DNA of 64,000 nt from Shigella phage ESh27. The stretch lies in sequence record ON528737. The stretch is one strand, 5' to 3'. This document shows positions 1 through 8,653 of this stretch, one piece after another. The stretch's first letter is position 1; each line of letters begins with the position of its first letter. The notes beneath the pieces were generated by a model. That model saw nothing but the letters and a program-made list of their open reading frames with translations, had not been told where the DNA came from and did not search any database. Made by a program: the position numbers and the translations under genes.

Positions 1-246
1 GTTAAAGTTAGAGCTGGGTTATATTTAATTATTCGCGAAAATTCTGAATTCCCTAATGGAGTAGCTCCAGGCGGTGTACGTAAAAACTACATGGCAGCGA
101 TCAGTTCATTTGTTGATGCAGCTTACGAAATCTATAAAGAAGATTATAAAGAATATCAGCAGTCACAACCGGTTATTCGTTCGATTGGTGTAAATAAACA
201 AGCACAAAAATCTATTTGGCAACGTATTAAGGAATGGTTTAAATGA
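1..246 (+). CDS. hypothetical protein, C-terminal fragment (5' end outside window)
   Basis: Frame-1 open from window edge to TGA 244-246 (..[11 protein letters not shown]); stop overlaps next start (ATGA); no family recognised. Confidence 0.45.
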   Translation, partial: VKVRAGLYLIIRENSEFPNGVAPGGVRKNYMAAISSFVDAAYEIYKEDYKEYQQSQPVIRSIGVNKQAQKSIWQRIKEWFK

Positions 247-704
247 AATCATTTAAAGAACGCTTAGAGCTATTAGATTTAGCCTTGTCTCGTGAGACTC
301 CTGAAAGTCTAGCAGAAAAATTCCAGTCCTACGGTTATAATTATTCTGCTGATGATATAATGAATGAAGTTCCTGAAATCTGTTGGCAAACGTGCTATTG
401 GAACAATGACCAAAAAGTTCAACGTGTTATAGTATGTGCAGCTAATAGGTTTAAATTGAAGAGTGGTGGAACTCTGGTTATTCCTGGAGTTCGTCATTAC
501 TCTAAAGATATGGCTGAAGTACTTGATATAGTTGGTCCTCAATTAGTCTCGCAACAAGTTTGTGGTGACGACCAAGGCTTTATTGACCAATACTCTAATT
601 ACTGGACACGTGAAGAAGCAATGATTATTGCAACGTATGCTGGACAGGTATGTATTGAACGTGGCGGAAGTGAGAAAGAACTTTATTCAGAGGACCTTTA
701 CTAA
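243..704 (+). CDS. hypothetical early protein (153 aa)
   Basis: ORF track; ATGA overlap with upstream ORF and abutting downstream ORF, typical T-even early operon packing; no family recognised. Confidence 0.55.
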   Translation: MKSFKERLELLDLALSRETPESLAEKFQSYGYNYSADDIMNEVPEICWQTCYWNNDQKVQRVIVCAANRFKLKSGGTLVIPGVRHYSKDMAEVLDIVGPQLVSQQVCGDDQGFIDQYSNYWTREEAMIIATYAGQVCIERGGSEKELYSEDLY

Positions 705-985
705 TGAACCTTAAACAACTCCAGAAAGATGCTATTGAATCACGTATCCAAGATATCAAACGTCTTAATCATATGATGGAAGAAAACTATGGCATGTATG
801 CTAATCAGCCAGGTTGGGATGCTTTAGATCATCCTTATTTGGTCAATCTATGTAAAGGTGATACATTAGCAATTATTCGTGAAGGGTTAAAACCTTTCTT
901 GCGTGACATGTATATTAAAATGAACGAAGAAATTATTAGCTCGTTGCAATATCAATTAAGGAAATTAGATGATGAGAATAATTGA
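704..985 (+). CDS. hypothetical early protein (93 aa)
   Basis: ORF track; tightly packed in early operon upstream of asiA. Confidence 0.5.
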   Translation: MNLKQLQKDAIESRIQDIKRLNHMMEENYGMYANQPGWDALDHPYLVNLCKGDTLAIIREGLKPFLRDMYIKMNEEIISSLQYQLRKLDDENN

Positions 986-1196
986 TTCTAAAGCAGATTA
1001 TTTTAATTCTGTTAATGATAAGAATAAAGCTTTAATTCGCCACTTTATTACTGAGATGGGTTATACTGACTCTAAAGATTTGAAAGAACACATTATCGAA
1101 TGTTCTGTGGCTAAAAAGTTTTCTTTTACCGATAAATGTTTAAATGAGGTTATAAATCATTATGAACAATCTTGTAGCAAAACACGATTTCAATAA
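969..1196 (+). CDS. hypothetical early protein (75 aa)
   Basis: ORF track; exact start uncertain. Confidence 0.4.
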   Translation: MMRIIDSKADYFNSVNDKNKALIRHFITEMGYTDSKDLKEHIIECSVAKKFSFTDKCLNEVINHYEQSCSKTRFQ

Positions 1197-1270
1197 GGCT
1201 TCCGTCCATAAGGACAAGAAGAAATCGGAACTTCAATCTAAACGTAAACAAAAACATAAGGGTAAAGACT

Positions 1271-1558
1271 ATGCTTACTAAAATCAAAGAAAATCCTGCC
1301 ACTGAACTTGTTATTCGATGTGAAGAACTTGCAGAGCTTTATCAGGTTAACCGAGAAGTATATCGTAGTGTTGTTGCCGATATGGCAGACGAAGTATGTT
1401 CTCGTATTCCTTTTAGTGTCGATTTCAATCATATGAAGCCTGGTGAAATCACTATCGTATTTGGTTCTGACTATACTGAAGAACGGGCTTTTAATGTCCT
1501 AGAATATGAAATGTCATTCTTTGACATACAGGACTACATTGATAGTTATAAGGAATGA
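1271..1558 (+). CDS. hypothetical acidic protein (95 aa); possible Arn-like DNA mimic
   Basis: About 21 Asp/Glu vs 9 Lys/Arg; size and position near asiA match T4 arn (92 aa) but sequence identity not verifiable from memory. Confidence 0.45.
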   Translation: MLTKIKENPATELVIRCEELAELYQVNREVYRSVVADMADEVCSRIPFSVDFNHMKPGEITIVFGSDYTEERAFNVLEYEMSFFDIQDYIDSYKE

Positions 1559-1559
1559 T

Positions 1560-1721
1560 ATGAGCCATAATCTTCAGAACGTAGTAGAGGCAGAACGTGA
1601 GCGTGAGGCTTTAGTCTATAATGAACTATTAGCCACGTTCTTGGCCTTACACTCGTATGAACAAGAAGACTACACTGATTACGTTAAAAGTGTAGAAAAA
1701 GCTGTTTACAATCAACACTGA
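1560..1721 (+). CDS. hypothetical small protein (53 aa)
   Basis: ATG at 1560 directly after stop of upstream ORF; track lists a longer alternative start at 1506. Confidence 0.35.
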   Translation: MSHNLQNVVEAEREREALVYNELLATFLALHSYEQEDYTDYVKSVEKAVYNQH

Positions 1722-1767
1722 TAATGGTACTATAATCGTATCAACCAAATGGAATGAATAAAACGTT

Positions 1768-2040
1768 ATGAATAAAGATATTGAAATTGTACGTGAAATT
1801 ATTACTGTTGCTTCTATTTTGATTAAATTCTCGAGGGAAGATATTGTTGAAGACCGAGCAAATTTCATCGGATTCTTGAATGAGATTGGAATTAAAAAAG
1901 ATGGTCGACAGCTAAATCAGAGTTCGTTCAGAAAACTAATTACAAATTTAACTGCCGAAGAAAAGAAAACACTGATTAGTGAATTCAATGAAGGTTTTGA
2001 AAATATTTATCGCCATTTGACGATGTATTCTAACAACTAA
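1768..2040 (+). CDS. asiA: anti-sigma70 protein AsiA
   Basis: 90 aa, near-identical over its length to T4 AsiA as recalled (MNK.I..VREIITVASILIKFSREDIVE.RANFI.FLNEIG...). Confidence 0.9.
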   Translation: MNKDIEIVREIITVASILIKFSREDIVEDRANFIGFLNEIGIKKDGRQLNQSSFRKLITNLTAEEKKTLISEFNEGFENIYRHLTMYSNN

Positions 2041-2700
2041 TTATTTAGCCCGCCCTAATATCCTTGCTGCTTGGTTGCATATTGCAGCCAAGCGTTCTTC
2101 ATTTAACACATCCGACCCCTTATACCAATACATAGAAACAGTTCCAGCATATATGTTATCCAAATTGAAGTAAGGACAACTATACATATATGCCAGTTCC
2201 GGAGTTTTTGATTTGGTAGGTAAGAAAGCAAAATCTGTTTTAGAAGTAAAGTGAAGTCCACTTAAATGGACCGAATACTCTGCTGTCGTTTTATCGACAG
2301 GAAATCCTCCCATAGATTTTTCAGTTACTGTGCTAGGTAACTTACCTTCATACGCAATAAGGTCGACGAAATAATTTAGATTTTTAGGTCTGAAAGAATA
2401 CACCGAACTAAAATCCGCCCTTGATGTGACGTGGACTATTTGTAGTTGTTCTAAAGCCGCAGATTCAAATCGTGTATTTCTTTCTTTTTGAATTACTTCT
2501 GTGTAAGTATCATATTTCGACCTCACGTAATAATCCATAAAAATATTCCCCTTGTACCATATTAGTGCCATTAGGAACAAAAGAACTACAACAGCAACTC
2601 TGGAAATAAGAATATTTCCAGAGGCGTTATCTTTGAAAATGCGGTCTAGCAACCCAAATAAAATATCACTAAGCGAAAATGATATTCTAGGTGCTGCCAT
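2041..2700 (-). CDS. t: holin T (lysis timing)
   Basis: 219 aa; MAAPRISFS..ILFG.LDR.FKDNA N-terminus, single TMD, C-terminal ..CNQAARILGRAK as in T4 holin (218 aa). Confidence 0.92.
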   Translation of the reverse strand: MAAPRISFSLSDILFGLLDRIFKDNASGNILISRVAVVVLLFLMALIWYKGNIFMDYYVRSKYDTYTEVIQKERNTRFESAALEQLQIVHVTSRADFSSVYSFRPKNLNYFVDLIAYEGKLPSTVTEKSMGGFPVDKTTAEYSVHLSGLHFTSKTDFAFLPTKSKTPELAYMYSCPYFNLDNIYAGTVSMYWYKGSDVLNEERLAAICNQAARILGRAK

Positions 2701-2718
2701 AGACCCTCCTTTTAAGGA

Positions 2719-2726
2719 TATTTATA
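2719..2726 (-). promoter_or_regulatory. late promoter TATAAATA (gene t)
   Basis: Reverse-strand TATAAATA followed by AAGGAGG SD and ATG at 2700. Confidence 0.6.
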
Positions 2727-2745
2727 TGCTGAGAGGTATTACCAT

Positions 2746-3525
2746 TTAAATCCAGGAACCATAGATCGTGCCTGTTGCACCCCATGACGGTGAACTTCCG
2801 AATACTGCTCTGCCAGGAGCACCGCCACCAGATCTAGATAAGTGATTACCCCATCCATCTCCGCCCCGACCTCCAGCATCGCCGCCATTGCCTCCGCCGA
2901 ATTGGGAAGTGTAACCGGCGCCGCCCGGGGCGTCATAACTAGCATTACCACCCGGCCAATTAACACCACCGCCACCGAGACCAAATGGTCTGCCACCGCC
3001 ACCACCAGCTGTAGCATTTGGCGCCCAGCTATTCTGTAATGACACTGCACCACCACCGCCACCGCCTGATGCAATAACGCCATAGTTCCAAATACGAAGT
3101 CTTCCGCCGATATCATTTTGGATTACATCGCCGCCATTTGTGCCTGGGTTTCCGTTTACAGTACCGTTACCACCTCGTCCCCACATATGAACACCGCCGT
3201 GAATATTCAAAGTGACATATTCGTTAGGAGTATCACCATACATGAAGAATAAAGGAACGTCTTTAGAATATGATACCAAATTTCCGGTGATATTAAACAC
3301 TATAGGCGCACTACCTGCCTCAAAACATCTATCTCGGAACCATTGACCATTGAAGTTATGGTCTGCTCCAAGTGTGTGAATAATTTCTCTTGAGCGACCT
3401 GCAAATTGACTCATCCAGCAAGGAACACCCAATCTTAATTGACCAGCTGCTTGACTCATCCAGCGCTGACCCGTTTCATTTACGGCTGAACTTCCAATCC
3501 AGCCAGGAACTCCAACTACTGCCAT
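2746..3525 (-). CDS. 38: gp38 receptor-recognising adhesin (T2-type, glycine-rich motifs)
   Basis: 259 aa; conserved N-terminus [36 protein letters not shown]-terminal poly-Gly motifs separated by variable segments; lies between 37 and t. Confidence 0.85.
   Translation of the reverse strand: MAVVGVPGWIGSSAVNETGQRWMSQAAGQLRLGVPCWMSQFAGRSREIIHTLGADHNFNGQWFRDRCFEAGSAPIVFNITGNLVSYSKDVPLFFMYGDTPNEYVTLNIHGGVHMWGRGGNGTVNGNPGTNGGDVIQNDIGGRLRIWNYGVIASGGGGGGAVSLQNSWAPNATAGGGGGRPFGLGGGGVNWPGGNASYDAPGGAGYTSQFGGGNGGDAGGRGGDGWGNHLSRSGGGAPGRAVFGSSPSWGATGTIYGSWI
2810..3180 (-). repeat. glycine-rich motif / hypervariable segment array in gp38 adhesin
   Basis: Runs of GGN codons (CC-rich on + strand, e.g. 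CCACCGCCACCGCC) encoding GGGGGG, GGGGG, GGGG, GGGNGG blocks separated by short variable segments. Confidence 0.8.
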
Positions 3526-3561
3526 AATTTATACTCCAAAGGGGGCATTTCCCCCTTGTTG

Positions 3562-6500
3562 TTAGAATTTAAAATATTTACTAATTTTGCGAGCAATTTT
3601 AGTAAAGAGAGGCGTTTTCAATTCTTTAATTTCTTCGCTCATTTCCTGAATGGCCTTAATTAAAAGCGCGTTCACTGCGGAGTTTGAAATTGTTAAAATT
3701 TCTTCTGGGTTATCCTGAGATCCGACACTAGAAGTGCTAACAGCTTCCGGTAATACTTCTTGCAAATCCTGTGCGATAATACCAATCTCATGGCCGATAA
3801 CTTCGCGGTCAGAAAGAGATTTAACTTTATCATAGGTTTTAACTTTGAGTTTATTTACCTTATCCACCGCATTCTCTTCGTAGTCTTCGACATTAATTTT
3901 CAGACGACGGTCAGAACGAATATAAACGTCGTTACAATATACAGCAGCACCAGCAGTAAAATCACCGTTAGATGCAAATGCATAATCACTCCCACCCACA
4001 TGCAATACAACATGAGGATTACCACCGCCAGCATGAACACCCATCGCCGCAAGGTGCTGTTCGCCCCAATGAGTAGCTTTCCAAATGTTATATGCTTGAT
4101 TTCGTGAGTCCTGACAGTCTACCAACAATCCAGCCGGACGGTCTCGCCAGTCTACCCATGCACCACCGGAAATATTACCACGGATAAGAGCGTATTCACT
4201 ATTATATGGAACACGCTCTCCCGCTAGAATCATTGCACCCTGGAAGTGATGACTAAATGAACCACCATGATTATTGTGAATATGTAAAATACCCTCATCT
4301 GTAGCCCAGATAACAGCCTTTTCTGCATCGCTATCATCTCTAAACCAGATATGTCGTGCACCAGTTGAGTTTTTGATGGTTATTCCGTTAGGTCCATGCA
4401 CGGTCAAAGCACCAGCAACATCAAACATCAAACTGTTATCTGTCCTGCGTTCAGCATAGAAGTGATAACCTTTTGAATCGCCGACTTCCAATACTGCCGC
4501 GCGACCAACTTCTGAATTTCCCCAATTGTTGATAGAGAATCGTTCAGAGCTATTATTCATCTGATTTAGGTATAATGTACCATCAGTGAATGTTTCGCCA
4601 AAGAAACGAGTTTTAATTGCACCTGTCGCTAAAGTACGTTCAGTGGAAAAATGAGCGCCTTGACTATCTTCTAACTGGATGATGTTATCACGACCATTAT
4701 TACTATCACCCCAATGGTTAAATTTAAAATAATCTCGTGATCCTAAACGTCCCGGGTCAAAAGTCATCACGCCTTTCATGTTAATATCACCGCTGACCAG
4801 AACGTTATCTGGGAAGTTAACAGTACCGTCTTGATTAAAACGAGACGCATGGCCTTGTGAACCATCTTCTTTCAGATGATGAATAACGAATGTACCTGAT
4901 TCAATTTCGGTACCTAAAGACCAAACGGATTTACCGTTTAAAAACTTCTGTTTAACAATAGGATAATATTTGCTTACAGCGTCATCATCGATTTCCTGGA
5001 AAATAGGAGCCGCTTGAACATATTGAATGTCATAACCGCCGGCACCCGCTCCATGACCAACAAATTTAATATAGCCATTCGCAGCAAACGTATTGTAACT
5101 TGATTGTAAATCTGGAATAGTAACTTTACCGGTATCTAAAGCCATACTAAACGGGCGAAGTGGACCGATATCACCATGTTTACCTTCACCATAAGCAGTT
5201 GGAATAATATGAAGACTGCCTTCTGAACGTCTAAAAATGGCTCCATAATCTGCGTTCCAAATACGAAGAGCATTCACTGCTCCAGATGAAATTTCACCTG
5301 TTGTGTGAACTCCTCTATCTCCAGCAGTAACACCAGATGATTCAAATGAACCATTAACGTTCATTTCTACTTCGCCAGTAGTAAGTCTTTGAATATAGCT
5401 CATCCAGCTAGTTGCATCAGAAATTTCCATAATGTTTTTACGGATACCTCCGCTTGGATCAACAAACGTATTACCCCAAACTTTAATATCCATATTATCA
5501 ACCGAGCTGTATCCTGTTGTGTTGCCTCTAAACATTAGTGTAGAAGAATTATTTCTACCATCTATATTAACAGAACCACCAATAACGTCAATATTACCAG
5601 GAGTAACTAACAAACCGCCATGAGTATTAATGTTTGTGGTACCCTTGCCGCGGAAATAATGATGATAGTTACCGCCTTGATAATATCCTAAAAGAGTTTG
5701 ACCATCGCCGTATGCGTTATTATCATGGTAAGTAACAACAGTGGCCAAAGCATAGTTTTCTGTCGGTGGCGTTGTCATAAGAAGCCCATCTGGAGAATAA
5801 CCCATAACCATTTTTCTAAGGCTTTGTGTTTCCGCAGGACCGTAAATGAAAGTTTTTGTTCCGTTGTTTACTGTATGGAAATATCCATCCTGATGCCACT
5901 TAAATCCGGTATCATTATCACCAAGAACAATTGAGGCCGTTCCTAATTCAGAATATCCTTTTGGACCACCTGGAAGACCTACAGCGATAGAATGACCGGC
6001 TTTCAATCCACCGGACCAGGTAAACGACCAAAGATAAGTGTCTAAGCCATCTCCGGAATACCAGGTTATTCCGTCATTAACATTAACTTCGTGGAAAATA
6101 CCTGCTCCTACAGCATTTCGCATAACACGGAGGTGGTTAATAGCCGTTTCGCTTTCTGCCAATGGAGTGTTATTTGATAATGAATAGATGTCATAATCGC
6201 CTGTCTTCTTCCCATTTGTAATAACTTTGTCGGTCAGAATTTGTGGAGACGAAATAGATTTCCATGCTGATACTTCAGGTGAAGTAAATAGTCCACTGCC
6301 CGAAAATGCATAGGTGCTTTCATCACCAGCGGCGTAGTCTTGAACCCTGATATTAAGTACTTGTGTAGTTAAACCATCATTAGCCGGGGCATAAATGATT
6401 CCACGTTCGCGACTATTGTTATCGAAAAAACGAACATGTGCTGTACCTGAACTTTTTGTAATAAGTTCACCGCCTTCAGTCATAATCTGCCCAGCGGCAA

Positions 6501-6795
6501 TAATATCACGAGTTACTCGAGCAATACCAGTTAAATTAAAATTACCTGTCTGAGTGAAGACACCATTTAAAGTATAATCGCCAGTTTGGTTATAATTACC
6601 TGTATGAATAACATTCCCGTCAATACTACCGCCTTTAGCAAAACCCAGATCAATAATATTTCCTTGGTCATCTTTAGTAAAAAGTACACGGTCTTTTAAG
6701 TTTATAGCCAATTCACCTTCGGCTAATACTGAAGCGGCAGGACGTGCTCCTGCAGTTTTGCTTCTTTTAAATTGTATTTGTTTTAAAGTAGCCAT
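3562..6795 (-). CDS. 37: gp37 long tail fibre distal subunit
   Basis: 1077 aa; position between 36 and 38; N-terminal MATLKQIQFKRSKTAG.. as in T-even gp37. Confidence 0.9.
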   Translation of the reverse strand: MATLKQIQFKRSKTAGARPAASVLAEGELAINLKDRVLFTKDDQGNIIDLGFAKGGSIDGNVIHTGNYNQTGDYTLNGVFTQTGNFNLTGIARVTRDIIAAGQIMTEGGELITKSSGTAHVRFFDNNSRERGIIYAPANDGLTTQVLNIRVQDYAAGDESTYAFSGSGLFTSPEVSAWKSISSPQILTDKVITNGKKTGDYDIYSLSNNTPLAESETAINHLRVMRNAVGAGIFHEVNVNDGITWYSGDGLDTYLWSFTWSGGLKAGHSIAVGLPGGPKGYSELGTASIVLGDNDTGFKWHQDGYFHTVNNGTKTFIYGPAETQSLRKMVMGYSPDGLLMTTPPTENYALATVVTYHDNNAYGDGQTLLGYYQGGNYHHYFRGKGTTNINTHGGLLVTPGNIDVIGGSVNIDGRNNSSTLMFRGNTTGYSSVDNMDIKVWGNTFVDPSGGIRKNIMEISDATSWMSYIQRLTTGEVEMNVNGSFESSGVTAGDRGVHTTGEISSGAVNALRIWNADYGAIFRRSEGSLHIIPTAYGEGKHGDIGPLRPFSMALDTGKVTIPDLQSSYNTFAANGYIKFVGHGAGAGGYDIQYVQAAPIFQEIDDDAVSKYYPIVKQKFLNGKSVWSLGTEIESGTFVIHHLKEDGSQGHASRFNQDGTVNFPDNVLVSGDINMKGVMTFDPGRLGSRDYFKFNHWGDSNNGRDNIIQLEDSQGAHFSTERTLATGAIKTRFFGETFTDGTLYLNQMNNSSERFSINNWGNSEVGRAAVLEVGDSKGYHFYAERRTDNSLMFDVAGALTVHGPNGITIKNSTGARHIWFRDDSDAEKAVIWATDEGILHIHNNHGGSFSHHFQGAMILAGERVPYNSEYALIRGNISGGAWVDWRDRPAGLLVDCQDSRNQAYNIWKATHWGEQHLAAMGVHAGGGNPHVVLHVGGSDYAFASNGDFTAGAAVYCNDVYIRSDRRLKINVEDYEENAVDKVNKLKVKTYDKVKSLSDREVIGHEIGIIAQDLQEVLPEAVSTSSVGSQDNPEEILTISNSAVNALLIKAIQEMSEEIKELKTPLFTKIARKISKYFKF

Positions 6796-6803
6796 AAGTC
6801 CTC

Positions 6804-7460
6804 TTAATAATAGCCGAAATCTTGAACAGAATCCTTAATAACAATTTGGTCAAATCGTGGAACATGCGAGGGTTGAGATGCAGGATTCTGTGAGAAAAAG
6901 TTTGGGGCTGTTAGAGCGCCGGTCATCGTATCTCCTGAACGGAGTACGCGACTGTTTGCATTAGCATTAACTGTATTTATTTGACTATCAACATAATCTT
7001 TGCGAGTAAGGTCGTAATTATTTAAAGGTGCTAACGTTGTGGCTCTGAATTGAGATGCTTCAATAACGCCTTTAGAACTTATATTACCGGTGCGAGTATC
7101 AATTACAACAGTTCTTTCACCGGTACCTTGAGATGATTTAAACCCAATACCATACCACGAAACAATATCCATGTTTGTTTGGTCGAATGTCGCGGCGTCA
7201 CCACCACCAGAAAAAATACCATTCGTTTGGTCATCTGCTGTTTTGACTGCAACACCTTCGTTAAAGATTACCTTTTTGAGATATGTCCCGCCGTTTGCTT
7301 TAGATACGAAATCGTTATCAGCCGCTTTTGGCTTGTTATATTCAGTGTATAATTTAAATGTTTTATATAGGATGTCATCGCCAGCTGGCATTAAAGGAAA
7401 ATTGCCTTGATGCCATATGACGGAACCACCAACTGTACTTCCGGCTTTTAAATCGGCCAT
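6804..7460 (-). CDS. 36: gp36 long tail fibre distal connector
   Basis: 218 aa (T4 gp36 about 221 aa); synteny 35-36-37; late promoter upstream. Confidence 0.85.
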   Translation of the reverse strand: MADLKAGSTVGGSVIWHQGNFPLMPAGDDILYKTFKLYTEYNKPKAADNDFVSKANGGTYLKKVIFNEGVAVKTADDQTNGIFSGGGDAATFDQTNMDIVSWYGIGFKSSQGTGERTVVIDTRTGNISSKGVIEASQFRATTLAPLNNYDLTRKDYVDSQINTVNANANSRVLRSGDTMTGALTAPNFFSQNPASQPSHVPRFDQIVIKDSVQDFGYY

Positions 7461-7487
7461 TTCGTGTCTCCTTATTAATATTAAAAG

Positions 7488-7495
7488 TATTTATA
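7488..7495 (-). promoter_or_regulatory. late promoter TATAAATA (gene 36)
   Basis: Reverse-strand TATAAATA ~28 nt upstream of gene 36 ATG, just downstream of the gene 35 terminator. Confidence 0.55.
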
Positions 7496-7500
7496 CGCGA

Positions 7501-7522
7501 AAAGGAGACCGAAGTCTCCTTT
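7501..7522 (-). terminator. stem-loop terminator after gene 35
   Basis: GGAGAC-UUCG-GUCUCC hairpin (minus-strand reading) followed by UUUU. Confidence 0.6.
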
Positions 7523-8645
7523 ATTCTGTGTACTCTTTAAATTCCTGCCCAAATACCTTACCCGTGTCGTTAGATAACTGAGTAGGCAAGTCCATTATAT
7601 CATTACCGGTTAATGATTCATCGATGTAATTAGCACGAATACCATTTAGGCCAAACTCGGCAGGTTTTGCTATACTTCCGTTACATGATACTTCAGTGAA
7701 AATAACATTTCTTAGTCCACCTTGACCGACTGGGGCCGTACGGTAACAATATACTGTAAAGCCATCGGCTTCAGCTGGTATTTCAACATATTCTTCATAT
7801 AGCTTCCACACCCCGGCAGTTCCGTCAAAGTTTATATCTTTAGATGATATAGGAGAGCTAGATGGAGACTTAAAGAAACGAATTGAAAGTCTTGTGGTTC
7901 CTTCCTCTAGTAATGCTTCATCAGCCATTAATTGAAATTTCAAATAAAGAAAATCTGTAGGCTTTAATCCATAGTTTGCGATAGGAGTAACAAGGGATGA
8001 TGTAGGCACCCTTTTTATTTCGTTGTTAGTTCCTCCAACAGGAGATAAAAACGTTTCTAGAGCTTCATATGTACGTCTAGGATAGCCGGTAGCACCTATA
8101 TCAGCAATAGAGTCATATACAATATCTAATGGAGTTGAGTAATCCGAAATTGTTTTCTTATTACTGTATTTTATGTGTTCTAATGCAATAGTATTTTTAC
8201 CTGAAACATAAAACGCTGAATATGAAATATCAACAAGACTAGCAACTTCAATTGACGGTATAACTGAACTCCCGGCAGCTTTAAACCATTCAATTATTTC
8301 TGGCGGCAAATTAAATTTGTTATTAGAAATAAATGCGAAAATGAAATTATCTGCGTATGTATTAACAAACGAAATAAATGCAGCCGAAGTTGCATTATTT
8401 GTAGGCGCAAAATTGTATAATTTACTATCAACTATAGTTCCATTTTCCGGATTTATTACCCTAACATTTAGTCCAATACCAAAAGACTGCAACCCTAAAG
8501 GCTCGTTTTGGAACAAAATATACGGATTAGTTGTTGAAAGCGGGCATGAACCCGCTATACTTAGTTTAAATCTAACTGAATTGCTTTCCGATAAAAATGG
8601 CGTTTGGACGTATCCCTGTCCAAACCTTGCCATAAATTTTTCCAT
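7521..8645 (-). CDS. 35: gp35 long tail fibre hinge
   Basis: 374 aa (T4 gp35 372 aa); synteny between 34 and 36. Confidence 0.85.
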   Translation of the reverse strand: MEKFMARFGQGYVQTPFLSESNSVRFKLSIAGSCPLSTTNPYILFQNEPLGLQSFGIGLNVRVINPENGTIVDSKLYNFAPTNNATSAAFISFVNTYADNFIFAFISNNKFNLPPEIIEWFKAAGSSVIPSIEVASLVDISYSAFYVSGKNTIALEHIKYSNKKTISDYSTPLDIVYDSIADIGATGYPRRTYEALETFLSPVGGTNNEIKRVPTSSLVTPIANYGLKPTDFLYLKFQLMADEALLEEGTTRLSIRFFKSPSSSPISSKDINFDGTAGVWKLYEEYVEIPAEADGFTVYCYRTAPVGQGGLRNVIFTEVSCNGSIAKPAEFGLNGIRANYIDESLTGNDIMDLPTQLSNDTGKVFGQEFKEYTE

Positions 8646-8653
8646 ATAACCTC

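Noticed and set aside
2739-3116. 125-aa alternate-frame minus ORF and 65-aa plus ORF within gene 38
   Set aside because: Generated by the GGN-codon repeats of the adhesin; the gp38 frame has the conserved N- and C-termini.
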